A stretch of DNA of 64,000 nucleotides, taken from an uncultured Candidatus Saccharibacteria bacterium (lineage in GTDB: Bacteria > Patescibacteriota > Minisyncoccia > Phycocordibacterales > UBA9973). This document shows positions 29,837-39,726 of the stretch, one piece after another. The stretch is taken from NCBI GenBank assembly GCA_964361705.1, contig CAYIBP010000002.1:12435-76434 (forward strand). The letters are read 5' to 3'. Made by a program: the position numbers and the translations under genes. Each line of letters starts with the position of its first letter. Positions within the stretch are counted from its first letter, which is position 1. The notes beneath the pieces are model-generated. The model saw nothing but the letters and a program-made list of their open reading frames with translations, had not been told where the DNA came from and searched no databases.

Positions 29837-31300
29837 TTACGCATTGCGGGCAGGTCTCATTAATGGGAACATCTGCGTCTCGCGGATGGGTTTGTCAGCT
29901 AGGAATGCAAAGAGCATTTCGCCAAAGCCGAAACCACAAGTGGGTGGCATAGCGTATTCGAGCATTTCTACGAATTCACTGTCCGGCATCATGGCTTCTT
30001 TGTCGCCCGCCTTGATCAGTTCTTGTTGCGCTTCAAAACGCTCTGCTTGATCTATCGGGTCGTTAAGCTCTGAAAAACCGTTGCCGACTTCAGCGCCAGC
30101 GATGATGATCTGAAATCTTTCTGTAAGTTCTGTATTCTTCGGCATTGATTTTGATAAAGGTGAGACAAGCTTTGGGTGACCGGTCAAAAACACAGGTCCA
30201 GAGATTTGCTTTCGGCAATATTTCCACAAAGTGTCCACCAAGCGCTCCATAGTGTCCCCCACATAATCAACTTTTAATTTCTCGAGAGTTTTTTTAACTT
30301 CCTCGTATGTAGTATCTAGCACATCGATGCCTGTCATTTTTTTGACAGTGTCCCTGTAATCAATGCGTTCCCATTTGCCACCAAGATCAAACTTGTGTCC
30401 ACGAGTTTCAAAATCTGTTTTACTAAAAACATCTTGCGCTATTTTTTTGTAAAGTTCTTCGGTCAGCTTCATACCGTCTTCATAGTTTGCATAAGCCCAG
30501 TAAAATTCCATATTTGTAAATTCTTGTAAATGATTTTGATCCGAGCCTTCATTTCTATAAACTCTGCCTATTTCAAAAGTTTTATCGAAACCGGCCGACA
30601 TAAGCCTTTTCTGCCAAAGCTCTCCCACCGATATTCGCAAATACAGAGGCAATTTGAAATCTTCATTGTATGTTTTGAAAGGCGTTGCTTCCGCGCCACC
30701 CGTTGTGATCTCGAGCGTCGGAGTTTCTACTTCGAGGAAACCGCGCTCCTTCATAAAATTGCGAGTGGTTTCCCAGAATTTTGTTTTCTTCACCAAAAGT
30801 TCTTTTGCTTCCGGATTCATCAAAATATCCAAATATCTTTTTCTGAATCTTTCTTCTATGTCCTGCAACCCATGCCATTTTTCAGGCAAAGGAAGTAAAC
30901 TCTTTGAGAGCATCGTCCAATCTTTCGCCTCCAAAGTTTTTTCACCTCTTTTTGTCGTGAAAAATATTCCGTGCAATTCTATAAAATCACCTATATCTGC
31001 AACTTGATTGAAGAAATCCAGTTTATCATCGCCCAAGACATCTTTTTTTAAAAGTCCTTGAAAACTCGCCGTGCCATCATAAAGTGTGACGAAGACTATC
31101 GCGCCCTGTCCCCGCACAGACATGACTCTACCGGCAATCCATTTAGGTTCACCATTTTTTTCCAAACTTTCAAAATCTTGAATTGCTTGATAAAGAGAAA
31201 GTTCACGCTTTGAATCCGCAGGATATGGATTGATCCCTTTTTCTTTTAAGATTTTTAACTTGCCTAAACGCGCATCGCGTATTTCATCTATGGATGACAT
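29837..31300 (-). CDS. lysS: Lysine--tRNA ligase (class II)
   Basis: RFRKRYLD, GGAEATPF, YRNEG, FSELNDP. Confidence 0.97.
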   Translation of the reverse strand: MSSIDEIRDARLGKLKILKEKGINPYPADSKRELSLYQAIQDFESLEKNGEPKWIAGRVMSVRGQGAIVFVTLYDGTASFQGLLKKDVLGDDKLDFFNQVADIGDFIELHGIFFTTKRGEKTLEAKDWTMLSKSLLPLPEKWHGLQDIEERFRKRYLDILMNPEAKELLVKKTKFWETTRNFMKERGFLEVETPTLEITTGGAEATPFKTYNEDFKLPLYLRISVGELWQKRLMSAGFDKTFEIGRVYRNEGSDQNHLQEFTNMEFYWAYANYEDGMKLTEELYKKIAQDVFSKTDFETRGHKFDLGGKWERIDYRDTVKKMTGIDVLDTTYEEVKKTLEKLKVDYVGDTMERLVDTLWKYCRKQISGPVFLTGHPKLVSPLSKSMPKNTELTERFQIIIAGAEVGNGFSELNDPIDQAERFEAQQELIKAGDKEAMMPDSEFVEMLEYAMPPTCGFGFGEMLFAFLADKPIRETQMFPLMRPARNA

Positions 31301-31338
31301 ATAGAGATGATTCTATCATTTTTTTCTATCAAACAAAA

Positions 31339-31812
31339 CTAGAACACTTTCACGATCTCGTATTTTACTGTGCCGTTTGGCGTAGAAACTGATACAGTGT
31401 CGCCTTTTTTCTTGCCAAAGAGAGCTTGTCCAAAAGGAGACCTATTAGATATCTTGCCTTGCGACATATCCGCTTCTTCAGAACCCACCACCTGATAAGT
31501 CTTTTCTTCTTTTTCTCCACCTTTTAATACTGTGACTTTTGAACCTATCTCTATGGTATCTCCACCACCACCAGATACGACTTGGGAAGATTGCAAGATT
31601 TGTTCAACTTTAGCTATACGCTCTTCAAGCTTGCCTTGATCTTCGCGTACTTGATGATATTCTGCATTTTCCGACAAATCACCTAAAGATTTCGCATACG
31701 CCAAAGCCTCAAGAATTTCTTTTCTCTTTTGTCCCTTAAGTTCAATGAGTTCAAGCTCAAGCGCTTTCCTTTTTTCTTCTGTTATATAATTCCCACTCTT
31801 TTTCATATTCAT
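31339..31812 (-). CDS. greA: Transcription elongation factor GreA
   Basis: GDLSENAEY, ISNRSPFG. Confidence 0.96.
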   Translation of the reverse strand: MNMKKSGNYITEEKRKALELELIELKGQKRKEILEALAYAKSLGDLSENAEYHQVREDQGKLEERIAKVEQILQSSQVVSGGGGDTIEIGSKVTVLKGGEKEEKTYQVVGSEEADMSQGKISNRSPFGQALFGKKKGDTVSVSTPNGTVKYEIVKVF

Positions 31813-31909
31813 GAGTCTAATATTGTAGCTCCTATTTGTAAAAAAGTAAAGTAGAAAACTCCACTTATCTGACTTGCCATAAATATTTTATATGATATTG
31901 TATATATCA

Positions 31910-32137
31910 ATGGCAAAAACAATAATAGAGGTTAATAAAAACCCCAACGAAAACAACGCAAGCGTACTGCGCCGTTTTTCTCGCAAAGTACAAGAATCCT
32001 ATGTAATCCAAAAAGTGAAAGGATCTCGTTATAACAAGAGAAAAGACTCTAAACTCAAAGTAAAATACGCTACTTTAAAGCGTCTAGCTCGAAGAAAAGA
32101 GACTGAGAAACTACGCAAATTAGGCAAGATAAAGTAG
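31910..32137 (+). CDS. rpsU: 30S ribosomal protein bS21 (divergent)
   Basis: IEVNKNPNENNASVLRRFSRKV, basic. Confidence 0.75.
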   Translation: MAKTIIEVNKNPNENNASVLRRFSRKVQESYVIQKVKGSRYNKRKDSKLKVKYATLKRLARRKETEKLRKLGKIK

Positions 32138-32166
32138 TCCTTGCTATCTTTGAATCCATTTTAAAT

Positions 32167-32628
32167 ATGGAAGACATCCTATCTATAATAAACAAAACAA
32201 AGACAAAGAGCCGTTTGTTGCCTTTTTCTCTTTTATCAAAAATCAAAGACAATATTCTAACCAAAAAGTATTCACTTTCAATCGCTTATATAAACGAGAG
32301 TGAAATGCAAAAAATAAATAAAATTCACAGAAACAAAAACAAACCCACAAATGTTTTGTCTTTTTCTTTAACCAAAAATTCAGGTGAGTTACTTCTTTGT
32401 CTGGATACTATAAAGAAAGAAACAGAGAAATTTGAGAGAAATTTTACGGAACTTCTTGGATTTTTAGTTATCCACGGTATGCTTCATTTGAAAGGATACA
32501 AACATAGTAGTAGAATGGAAGTATTAGAATGCAAATATGATCAGAAATATTTCCGTGGGAATAGACATCGGGTCCGCTATGACGCGAGTCGTAGTCGGAG
32601 AATTTTTAAAGGGAGAAAAAACTCCTAA
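32167..32628 (+). CDS. ybeY: rRNA maturation RNase YbeY
   Basis: PTNVLSF, IHGMLHLKGYKH. Confidence 0.92.
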   Translation: MEDILSIINKTKTKSRLLPFSLLSKIKDNILTKKYSLSIAYINESEMQKINKIHRNKNKPTNVLSFSLTKNSGELLLCLDTIKKETEKFERNFTELLGFLVIHGMLHLKGYKHSSRMEVLECKYDQKYFRGNRHRVRYDASRSRRIFKGRKNS

Positions 32629-33700
32629 GATTATCGGCGTGGGTGAAAGTGAAACAAAAGGCATGCGACATGGATATGTGACGGACATCGCTTCTTGCGT
32701 TCAATCTCTAAAAGACGCAGTTGCTCTAGCGGAAAAAAGTTCAAACATCCGCATAAGGCGAGCATTCATAGGTATAGGTGGAGTTACTCTACGCGGAGAT
32801 ATGTCCACCGGTATCGGTATCATTACCAAAGCTGATGGAGAAGTCACAAATCTAGACATAACTAAAGCGCTTGAAGATTCCGAAAACAACCTTAACCTCA
32901 ACAATAAAAAAGTTATAAAAGTATTTCCCTTAGCCTTTAAATTAGACGGTAAAGAAATCCTAGGCAGACCCGAAGGTATGCGAGGCACCAAGCTTGAAGT
33001 CAAAAGTCTTTTTGTCACATGTTCGCTTTCACACTTTGAAGACTTAATAGAAGTCGTCAGCAAAGCGGGAATTGAACCTATTGATATAGTAGCAACGCCC
33101 ATCGCAGGAAGTCTGATGGCTATGTCTTCAAAACAAAAAGTAGTCGGTGGAGCATTGGTGGATATAGGTTCAGAAACAGTCTCTCTGGCAGTATTTGAAA
33201 ATAGTATTTTGGTATACCTACATACTTTCCCTATAGGAGGCAATGACATCACGAACGATATCGCCCTAGGTATGAAAATCTCTCTTGAAGAAGCTGATCA
33301 ATTCAAACTAGGAAATATAAAAGAAGGATATGCCAAGAAAAAACTCGATGAGATTATAGAGGCGCGACTCTTTGATGTTTTTGAGTTAATAGAAAATCAT
33401 TTGAAAAAAATAAAAAGAAATGAACTCCTCCCAGCAGGCGTAATTTTTATAGGAGGATCTGCAAACATTCCTTTAATTTTGGAATATTCAAAATCCGCTC
33501 TCAAACTTCCTTCATCAGTCGGTTCAACAAATATGTTCGGCAACATAAAAACAAAACTTCGAGATCCTGCGTGGTTCACAGCACTCGGACTGATCACTCC
33601 TTCCGAAGAAGAAGGTAGTTATCATCAAGATTCTTTACATAATATTTTTCAAAACTTAAAAAGTATTCTTAAATCAAATATCAAGCAACTGATGCCCTAA
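32537..33700 (+). CDS. ftsA: Cell division protein FtsA
   Basis: GIDIGS, VDIGSET, GGNDITNDI; upstream of ftsZ. Confidence 0.95.
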   Translation: MIRNISVGIDIGSAMTRVVVGEFLKGEKTPKIIGVGESETKGMRHGYVTDIASCVQSLKDAVALAEKSSNIRIRRAFIGIGGVTLRGDMSTGIGIITKADGEVTNLDITKALEDSENNLNLNNKKVIKVFPLAFKLDGKEILGRPEGMRGTKLEVKSLFVTCSLSHFEDLIEVVSKAGIEPIDIVATPIAGSLMAMSSKQKVVGGALVDIGSETVSLAVFENSILVYLHTFPIGGNDITNDIALGMKISLEEADQFKLGNIKEGYAKKKLDEIIEARLFDVFELIENHLKKIKRNELLPAGVIFIGGSANIPLILEYSKSALKLPSSVGSTNMFGNIKTKLRDPAWFTALGLITPSEEEGSYHQDSLHNIFQNLKSILKSNIKQLMP

Positions 33701-33822
33701 ATTACTGAAATTTATTCCAAAATCATGTTTTACCAATCATGCTTTGCTTTTTTTTGTTTTCTGTTATTATAGACGTTGTAATAGATAAATAATCTTTTTA
33801 TAATTAAAATAGTCAATAAAAT

Positions 33823-35040
33823 ATGCCTAAAATAAACCCTGAGATAGAAAGTTTCGCCAGAATCATGGTCATCGGAATAGGAGGATCCGGTAAGAACGCA
33901 GTGAACCACATGATAAATTCCAAAGTCAAAGGCGTCTCGTTTATATGCATGAACACAGACACTCAAGACTTGCATCACTCCTTAGCTGAGAAAAAAATAC
34001 ACATAGGCAAAAACCTTACCAAGGGTCTCGGCGCCGGCATGAATCCAGAAGTAGGAAAAAAGGCCGCAGAGGAAACCAAAGTTGAAATTCAAGATGTGAT
34101 CAAGGGCGCAGACATGATATTCGTAGCCTGTGGCATGGGTGGAGGCACTGGTACTGGCGCGGCTCCTATCATTGCTCGCGTAGCCAAAGAACAAGGCATA
34201 CTCACAGTGGCTGTAGTCACCAAACCATTCTTCTTTGAAGGAAATCACAGAATGAAAATCGCAGAAAAAGGCATAGAAGAACTTGCCAAAGAAGTAGATG
34301 CGATTATCATAATTCCAAATGACAAATTGATTCAGCTCGCTGACAAGAACACAAATTTCCGAGACGCCTTTGCAAGCTGTGACAATGTCTTACGTCAAGC
34401 AGTAGAAGGAATTTCTGATCTTATTACTATGCCCGGTATTATCAATGTGGACTTTGCAGACATCAGATCTGTGATGACAGACGCGGGTAGCGCTCTGATG
34501 GGTATAGGAATCGCTTCAGGGGAAAACAGGGCTTCAAATGCAGCATTACAGGCTATTAATTCCCCTCTTCTAGAGGTTTCTATAAATGGAGCAAAGGGCG
34601 TACTCTTTGCCATATCAGGCGGAGATGATCTTACTATTCATGAAATACAAGAAGCGGCAAAAATAATAACTGAATCCATAGATAAAGACGCAAGAGTGAT
34701 CTTTGGTACTATTAGAGATGAAAAACTTAAGAAAGGCGAACTAAAAGTCACAGTTATCGCCACAAACTTCACAAACAATGAAGTGCTTCCAAGAAAGAAT
34801 CTTTTCACTGGCACAAACGCTATGAATCAAGCGGTACTCAAAGAAGACAACGCAGTAAAAGCAGTAAAAGAAATTCACAGTACTATACAAACATCTCAAG
34901 GAGCAAGCAACAATATTGTAAATAATGACTTCCTAAAGAAGATAGATAAAAAAGAAACTGCTCCCGAAGAAGTCATCATTGATGACGACGGCGAAGATTG
35001 GAGCGCTGTGCCTGCTTTTCTAAGAAGAAAGAAGAATTAG
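33823..35040 (+). CDS. ftsZ: Cell division protein FtsZ
   Basis: GGGTGTG, INVDFAD, C-terminal VPAFLRR. Confidence 0.98.
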   Translation: MPKINPEIESFARIMVIGIGGSGKNAVNHMINSKVKGVSFICMNTDTQDLHHSLAEKKIHIGKNLTKGLGAGMNPEVGKKAAEETKVEIQDVIKGADMIFVACGMGGGTGTGAAPIIARVAKEQGILTVAVVTKPFFFEGNHRMKIAEKGIEELAKEVDAIIIIPNDKLIQLADKNTNFRDAFASCDNVLRQAVEGISDLITMPGIINVDFADIRSVMTDAGSALMGIGIASGENRASNAALQAINSPLLEVSINGAKGVLFAISGGDDLTIHEIQEAAKIITESIDKDARVIFGTIRDEKLKKGELKVTVIATNFTNNEVLPRKNLFTGTNAMNQAVLKEDNAVKAVKEIHSTIQTSQGASNNIVNNDFLKKIDKKETAPEEVIIDDDGEDWSAVPAFLRRKKN

Positions 35041-35049
35041 AAATCTCTT

Positions 35050-35091
35050 TTCACCCCACCCCCCAGCCCCTCCCCAAAAGGGAGGGGTGAA
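35050..35091. repeat. GC-rich REP-like hairpin
   Basis: TTCACCCC...CCCCTCCC-CAAAA-GGGAGGGGTGAA after ftsZ. Confidence 0.6.
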
Positions 35092-35116
35092 CTAATTTTA
35101 TGATATAATAATACGC

Positions 35117-36043
35117 ATGATTTACGATTTGATAATTATCGGGGGTGGGCCTGCAGGCACGGCGGCGTCCGTGTATGCCGCTCGCAAGAGACTCAAAACA
35201 CTATTCATCACCAAGGAATGGGGTGGCCAATCTGTCGTATCAGAACAGATTTACAACTGGATAGGCACACCCACCATATCAGGGGCTGAGCTTGCATCTA
35301 GTTTCAAAAAACACGTCATGGCAAATGTCGGCGAATCTTTGCAAGTCAAAGAAGGAATAAAAGTAGAGATGATTTCTAAAGATTCTGATACTTTCAATAT
35401 AAGATTAGAAAATAAAGAAGAATTCAAAACCAAAACAGTACTGGTCTGTACAGGCAGTGATAGACGCAGACTCGAAGCCAAAAACGCCGATGCTCTAGAA
35501 CACAAAGGCCTCACCTACTGCGCATCTTGCGATGGACCTATTTTTGCAGATATGGATGTGGTGGTAGTCGGCGGAGGCAACGCTGGTTTTGAATCCGCAG
35601 CGCAACTCCTCGCCTACTGCAAATCCGTCACACTACTACACCGCAGTGAAAATTTCCGCGCAGATGAAGTGACCGTAGAGAAAGTTTTAGCAAATCCAAA
35701 AATGAAAGCTTTTAAAAATGTGGAAATACTAGAAATCAAAGGTGAGAAATTTGTAGAAGGAATAATATATAAAGACAAAAATACAGGAGAAATCACAGAT
35801 CTACCCATCGCTGGAATATTCGTAGAAATAGGTCAAATCCCAAACACAAGCTTTATAAAAGACATTGTACCATTGGATGAGTATGGCAGAGTAAAAATAG
35901 ACCCACTAACACAAAAAACAGAAGCCGCAGGCATCTGGGCAGCGGGAGACTGCACCAATATTCTCTACCATCAAAACAACATAGCCGCTGGCGACGCCGT
36001 TCGCGCATTGGAAGACATTTACCTCTACATTCACGCAAGATGA
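35117..36043 (+). CDS. trxB: Thioredoxin reductase (TrxB/AhpF-like)
   Basis: GGGPAG, CASCDG, GGGNAG, AAGD. Confidence 0.9.
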   Translation: MIYDLIIIGGGPAGTAASVYAARKRLKTLFITKEWGGQSVVSEQIYNWIGTPTISGAELASSFKKHVMANVGESLQVKEGIKVEMISKDSDTFNIRLENKEEFKTKTVLVCTGSDRRRLEAKNADALEHKGLTYCASCDGPIFADMDVVVVGGGNAGFESAAQLLAYCKSVTLLHRSENFRADEVTVEKVLANPKMKAFKNVEILEIKGEKFVEGIIYKDKNTGEITDLPIAGIFVEIGQIPNTSFIKDIVPLDEYGRVKIDPLTQKTEAAGIWAAGDCTNILYHQNNIAAGDAVRALEDIYLYIHAR

Positions 36044-36426
36044 GTTTTAAATAAATAGCCCAAAAAACAACCAGCCGTAACATTTCCCCCGGAAATGTTA
36101 CGGCTGTAAATCAAAGCGATTGTGCACGGAAACGCTCCCTCTCCTTGCGCTTTTCCTTTCTTGTTTGCTTGTTTCCCGAAGCAAGACGCGGCTGAGCGAA
36201 AATCGGCGTCGGCCTTTTTTTCCTCCCCGTCAAAACAACTTTTGTTTTTTTTGGCGTTTGCCTTTTTTCTTTTTTTCCCCTCTTCTCCCTTCTTTTTTTG
36301 CCCAGCCACAGGCAAGAAAAATATAAGGCAAGAAATGGGGAGACAAGAATAAAAACCACTAGGAGGCATCGCTGCTATGACAGCGATGCCTCCTAGTATT
36401 AACATGAACAAAATTTCTTTTTTCAT
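36031..36426 (-). CDS. Orphan membrane protein with basic tail (uncertain)
   Basis: AAAGGAGG before ATG 36426; hydrophobic N-terminus; 3' part runs through a hairpin. Confidence 0.35.
   Translation of the reverse strand: MKKEILFMLILGGIAVIAAMPPSGFYSCLPISCLIFFLPVAGQKKKGEEGKKRKKANAKKNKSCFDGEEKKADADFRSAASCFGKQANKKGKAQGEGAFPCTIALIYSRNISGGNVTAGCFLGYLFKTHLA
36072..36106. terminator. Perfect 16-bp hairpin
   Basis: CAGCCGTAACATTTCC-CCC-GGAAATGTTACGGCTG. Confidence 0.65.
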
Positions 36427-36510
36427 TTTTCCCTCCTTTGGGGAAAAGTGAACAACCAAAAAAAACGGATTTATTTCACATTAACACATATAGAATATAT
36501 ATCAAATTTC

Positions 36511-36771
36511 TTATTTTTTTGCTTCTCTTGCTCTCTTTAAATCTTCTTCCATCTTTTTTATTCTTTCATCTTCTTGCTGTTTTCTCCTTTTTTCTTCCTC
36601 TTCGGCTCTAGTAAGCTCTCTCTTAAAATCATCTAGTTTACGCTGATTATTTTGTATCTCCAATTCTTTGTCATGAACCTCTCGCTTCTTGTTTTCTAAA
36701 TCTCTCTTATTGATCTCAATTTCTTTCGTGTACCACTCTACCTCTCTTTTCAGTTGATTTATATCTGCCAT
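36511..36771 (-). CDS. Charged coiled-coil protein
   Basis: 86-aa E/K/R-rich ORF. Confidence 0.7.
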   Translation of the reverse strand: MADINQLKREVEWYTKEIEINKRDLENKKREVHDKELEIQNNQRKLDDFKRELTRAEEEEKRRKQQEDERIKKMEEDLKRAREAKK

Positions 36772-36889
36772 ATATTTTATAAGTTAATTAATAACACCTA
36801 CATTATAAAACAATAAGTATGTTTTGCAAAATGATAACACGGTTGTCACCGCAAACTAAAAAAGCCCAGCAGTGGGCTTGTTTTAGTTG

Positions 36890-36964
36890 TGGTGACCCTA
36901 CTGGGAATCGCACCCAGATTACCAGCTTGAAAAGCTGATGTCCTAACTATTAGACGATAGGGCC
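36890..36964 (-). tRNA. tRNA-Glu(TTC)
   Basis: GGCCCTA/TAGGGTC acceptor stem, anticodon loop TTTTCAA, encoded CCA. Confidence 0.93.
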
Positions 36965-37037
36965 ATATTGAATCAAAAACATTATAAATCTATCATTTTT
37001 TTGAAAAAATGGCAAAAGATGATAGATTACAAGGCAA

Positions 37038-37145
37038 GGAGGCGTGGCTATGAAATATGAACTGCTTCATATTTCATCTGGTTCTGCTGAAAGCAGAAAT
37101 ACTCAATGCTTTATGCGAGAGTATAGGGATGTACGAAGCCACGCT
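37038..37145 (+). repeat. Structured element duplicating the tRNA-Ser 5' end
   Basis: GGAGGCGTGGCT identical to tRNA nt 1-12; closing stem plus three hairpins. Confidence 0.65.
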
Positions 37146-37163
37146 ATGAATTGCAATAAATAC

Positions 37164-37250
37164 GGAGGCGTGGCTGAGTGGTTGAAGGCACCGGTTTCGA
37201 AAACCGGCATTGGGGAAACCTAATCGTGAGTTCAAATCTCACCGCCTCCG
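37164..37250 (+). tRNA. tRNA-Ser(CGA)
   Basis: GGAGGCG/CGCCTCC acceptor stem, CCGGT-TTCGAAA-ACCGG, long variable arm. Confidence 0.95.
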
Positions 37251-37427
37251 CAGTTTGAAACGCAGTGAGAACTGCGGAGGCGAGCAAGCAAACTGCTTTG
37301 CTTGCTTGTGAGGTTTGAACGACGGAATGTCATTTTTTCAACAGAAAAAATGCATGAGTCGGTGGCTAGACCAAAAATTTCTGACGAGAAATTTTTGAGT
37401 CAAAGCCAAATCTTACCACCTCCGCAG
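37233..37427 (+). repeat. Palindromic element duplicating the tRNA-Ser 3' end
   Basis: 21-nt direct repeat (2 mismatches) at 37233-37253 and 37407-37427, with an internal antisense copy of the tRNA 3' end. Confidence 0.75.
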
Positions 37428-37467
37428 AAAAACGAATTTTCAATTTTTAGAATACACCCCATAAATT

Positions 37468-38121
37468 TCATAATATTTCATACAACCCTCGCCTTTTCTT
37501 GTCAGATTGTTGCACATAAAAATACTTTGCCATATCTTTGAAACCGTATTTTTGGAGGCTGTTCATTATCTTTTCATAAACAGTATCATACACTTCCACA
37601 CCCAACCTCTTTTCTTTAAAAACACTTTTTATCATCCTAATTCCATCATCTTTAAACCAGAAAAACTGTCCTTCAAATTTATCTACACAATGTACAAATT
37701 GAGCTTCTTTTGTTTTTTGACCTTCTAACTCTTTATATAATTTCTTTATTTCTTTTTGTATGAAACGCGGTGATTTTTCGGCAACGGTATCTACCATTTG
37801 CATATCTTTGTCTCTATCTTTCTGAGTCTTTTGAGGATTTATGATTTCGCCATTTTCAATCTCGGGCATATCGTGCATCAAAATCATCCTGATCACCTTC
37901 TCAAAATCCATCTTGTGTTCTCTATCTTCCAAATCTCTGAAATAATGCGCCAGAAAAATAGTATTTGTCAGATGCTCTGCCACGGACTGCGTCTCAAACT
38001 TTTCAACCCTCTTTTTGCCAAACCTTATAACCCTGTTTAGATTGTAAACATACAAAAGCTTCTGTATTTCTTTCAGAATGTTTCCTCTTTCTTTAGAGCT
38101 TACCTTGATGGGCTGTGTCAT
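37468..38121 (-). CDS. HD-domain hydrolase (YfbR-like)
   Basis: QSVAEH, MHDMPE, VDKFE. Confidence 0.85.
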   Translation of the reverse strand: MTQPIKVSSKERGNILKEIQKLLYVYNLNRVIRFGKKRVEKFETQSVAEHLTNTIFLAHYFRDLEDREHKMDFEKVIRMILMHDMPEIENGEIINPQKTQKDRDKDMQMVDTVAEKSPRFIQKEIKKLYKELEGQKTKEAQFVHCVDKFEGQFFWFKDDGIRMIKSVFKEKRLGVEVYDTVYEKIMNSLQKYGFKDMAKYFYVQQSDKKRRGLYEIL

Positions 38122-38182
38122 AGATATAATACTAACGCTTAATTTGAGAAAAATCAAAATATAGTATAATCTTCAATATAAC

Positions 38183-38803
38183 ATGTCACAAAAAGATAAG
38201 TCCGAAAAATTAAAATCAATTCATCAAAAATGGTTTGAGCAATGTGAATGTGAGCTAAGAAAAACTGCCACGCAGCCTGTACCGGGTGATGGCTCAGCGA
38301 ATGCGGAGATTGTTTTTATAGGCGAAGCGCCGGGCAAATCCGAAGATGAGCAAGGCGTGCCTTTTATTGGTCGCGCGGGTAAATTTTTATCTGAAATGCT
38401 CGCACTCATAAATCTAAAACGCGAAGACATATACATTACAAACATCGTAAAATACCGCCCGCCAAACAATCGCGATCCAAGCCCAGAAGAGAAATCCGCT
38501 TGTCGAGAATGGCTCCTCCAAGAAATCAAACTCATCTCGCCTCGCCTAATAATTTTTTTAGGCAGGCACGCGATGAATAATTTCTTCCCCGAACTTCAGA
38601 TATCAAAAGCTCACGGAAAAATGCTAGTGAAAAAGTTTACGGGAATGAATACAAAATATTTCTTCCCTCTTTATCATCCAGCCGCAGCGCTGTACGACGG
38701 CTCGATGCGAGAGGTTTTGATAGCCGATTTTAAAAAGATCCCAAAAGTATTAAAAGAGATTGAAAAAAAAGAAAAAACCCACAATATCAAGGTAGAACAT
38801 TGA
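38183..38803 (+). CDS. Uracil-DNA glycosylase, family 4
   Basis: GEAPG, PFIGRAG, RPPNNRDP, YHPAA. Confidence 0.95.
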   Translation: MSQKDKSEKLKSIHQKWFEQCECELRKTATQPVPGDGSANAEIVFIGEAPGKSEDEQGVPFIGRAGKFLSEMLALINLKREDIYITNIVKYRPPNNRDPSPEEKSACREWLLQEIKLISPRLIIFLGRHAMNNFFPELQISKAHGKMLVKKFTGMNTKYFFPLYHPAAALYDGSMREVLIADFKKIPKVLKEIEKKEKTHNIKVEH

Positions 38804-38877
38804 CATCCCACTTCAGCTTTATGATTTTTTAAAAAAATGTTAATATATTTCCAAGCCCTAAAACAGGGCTTATATTT

Positions 38878-39636
38878 ATGGAAAATAAAGCAAAAGTAAA
38901 AATAATAATACTAGCAGCCGGCAAAGGTACCAGGATGGAATCAGACTTGCCGAAAGTATTGGTATCCTTAAATGGTAAACCTATGATTCAACATCTCTTG
39001 GAGAGTATACGGCTTTCTGGTTTAGACCCACACCCTGTCGTAGTCGTAGGATACAAAAAAGAACTAGTTATAAAAGAACTGGGCAATAAATACATATATG
39101 TTGATCAAAAAGAAATGCTCGGTACAGGACACGCCGTACATATGACAGAAGAAATTTTAAGAGACAAAACAGATAATGTCATTGTACTTTACGGAGACAT
39201 ACCTTTTATAGATCATCAAACAATACAAAATATATTCGCCGAACATTTTTCTTCAAAGAGTAAGATGACTATGGGTACAGTAAAATTAAAAGATTTTAAA
39301 GATTGGCGTGCTTGTTTCGAGCATTATTCCAGAGTCATCAGAGACGAAAGTGGAAAAATTATTAGGACAGTAGAAAAAAAAGACGCAACAGAAGAAGAAT
39401 TGAAAATAACAGAAATAAACCCCTGCTTTTTTTGTTTTGATGCAAAATGGCTCTGGGAAGAAATAAAAAATATAAAAAACGAAAACTCTCAAAAAGAATT
39501 TTATCTACCCGATCTCATCGCTTTGGCAGTAAAAGAAAACTCACTAGAGTCTATAGAAATAGAACCTCACGAGGCTTTAGGAGCAAATACAAAAGAGGAA
39601 CTTCAAACACTTGAAAGAATGCGAGAGAAGATGTAA
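38878..39636 (+). CDS. Sugar nucleotidyltransferase (GlmU N-terminal domain only)
   Basis: LAAGKGTRM, LGTGHA, YGD, EFYLPD; no acetyltransferase beta-helix. Confidence 0.88.
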   Translation: MENKAKVKIIILAAGKGTRMESDLPKVLVSLNGKPMIQHLLESIRLSGLDPHPVVVVGYKKELVIKELGNKYIYVDQKEMLGTGHAVHMTEEILRDKTDNVIVLYGDIPFIDHQTIQNIFAEHFSSKSKMTMGTVKLKDFKDWRACFEHYSRVIRDESGKIIRTVEKKDATEEELKITEINPCFFCFDAKWLWEEIKNIKNENSQKEFYLPDLIALAVKENSLESIEIEPHEALGANTKEELQTLERMREKM

Positions 39637-39726
39637 TATCCAACTTGGATCAAAAAGGAGACATGTATGCAAAAAACACTTTTTTGCAATGATGTCTTGG
39701 ACGGAAATGTATAGGCCTCTGCAAAG

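Noticed and set aside
36890-36964. tRNA-Glu(TTC) as the far end of the island
   Set aside because: It is a full, inverted isoacceptor separated from the island by core dcw and translation genes.
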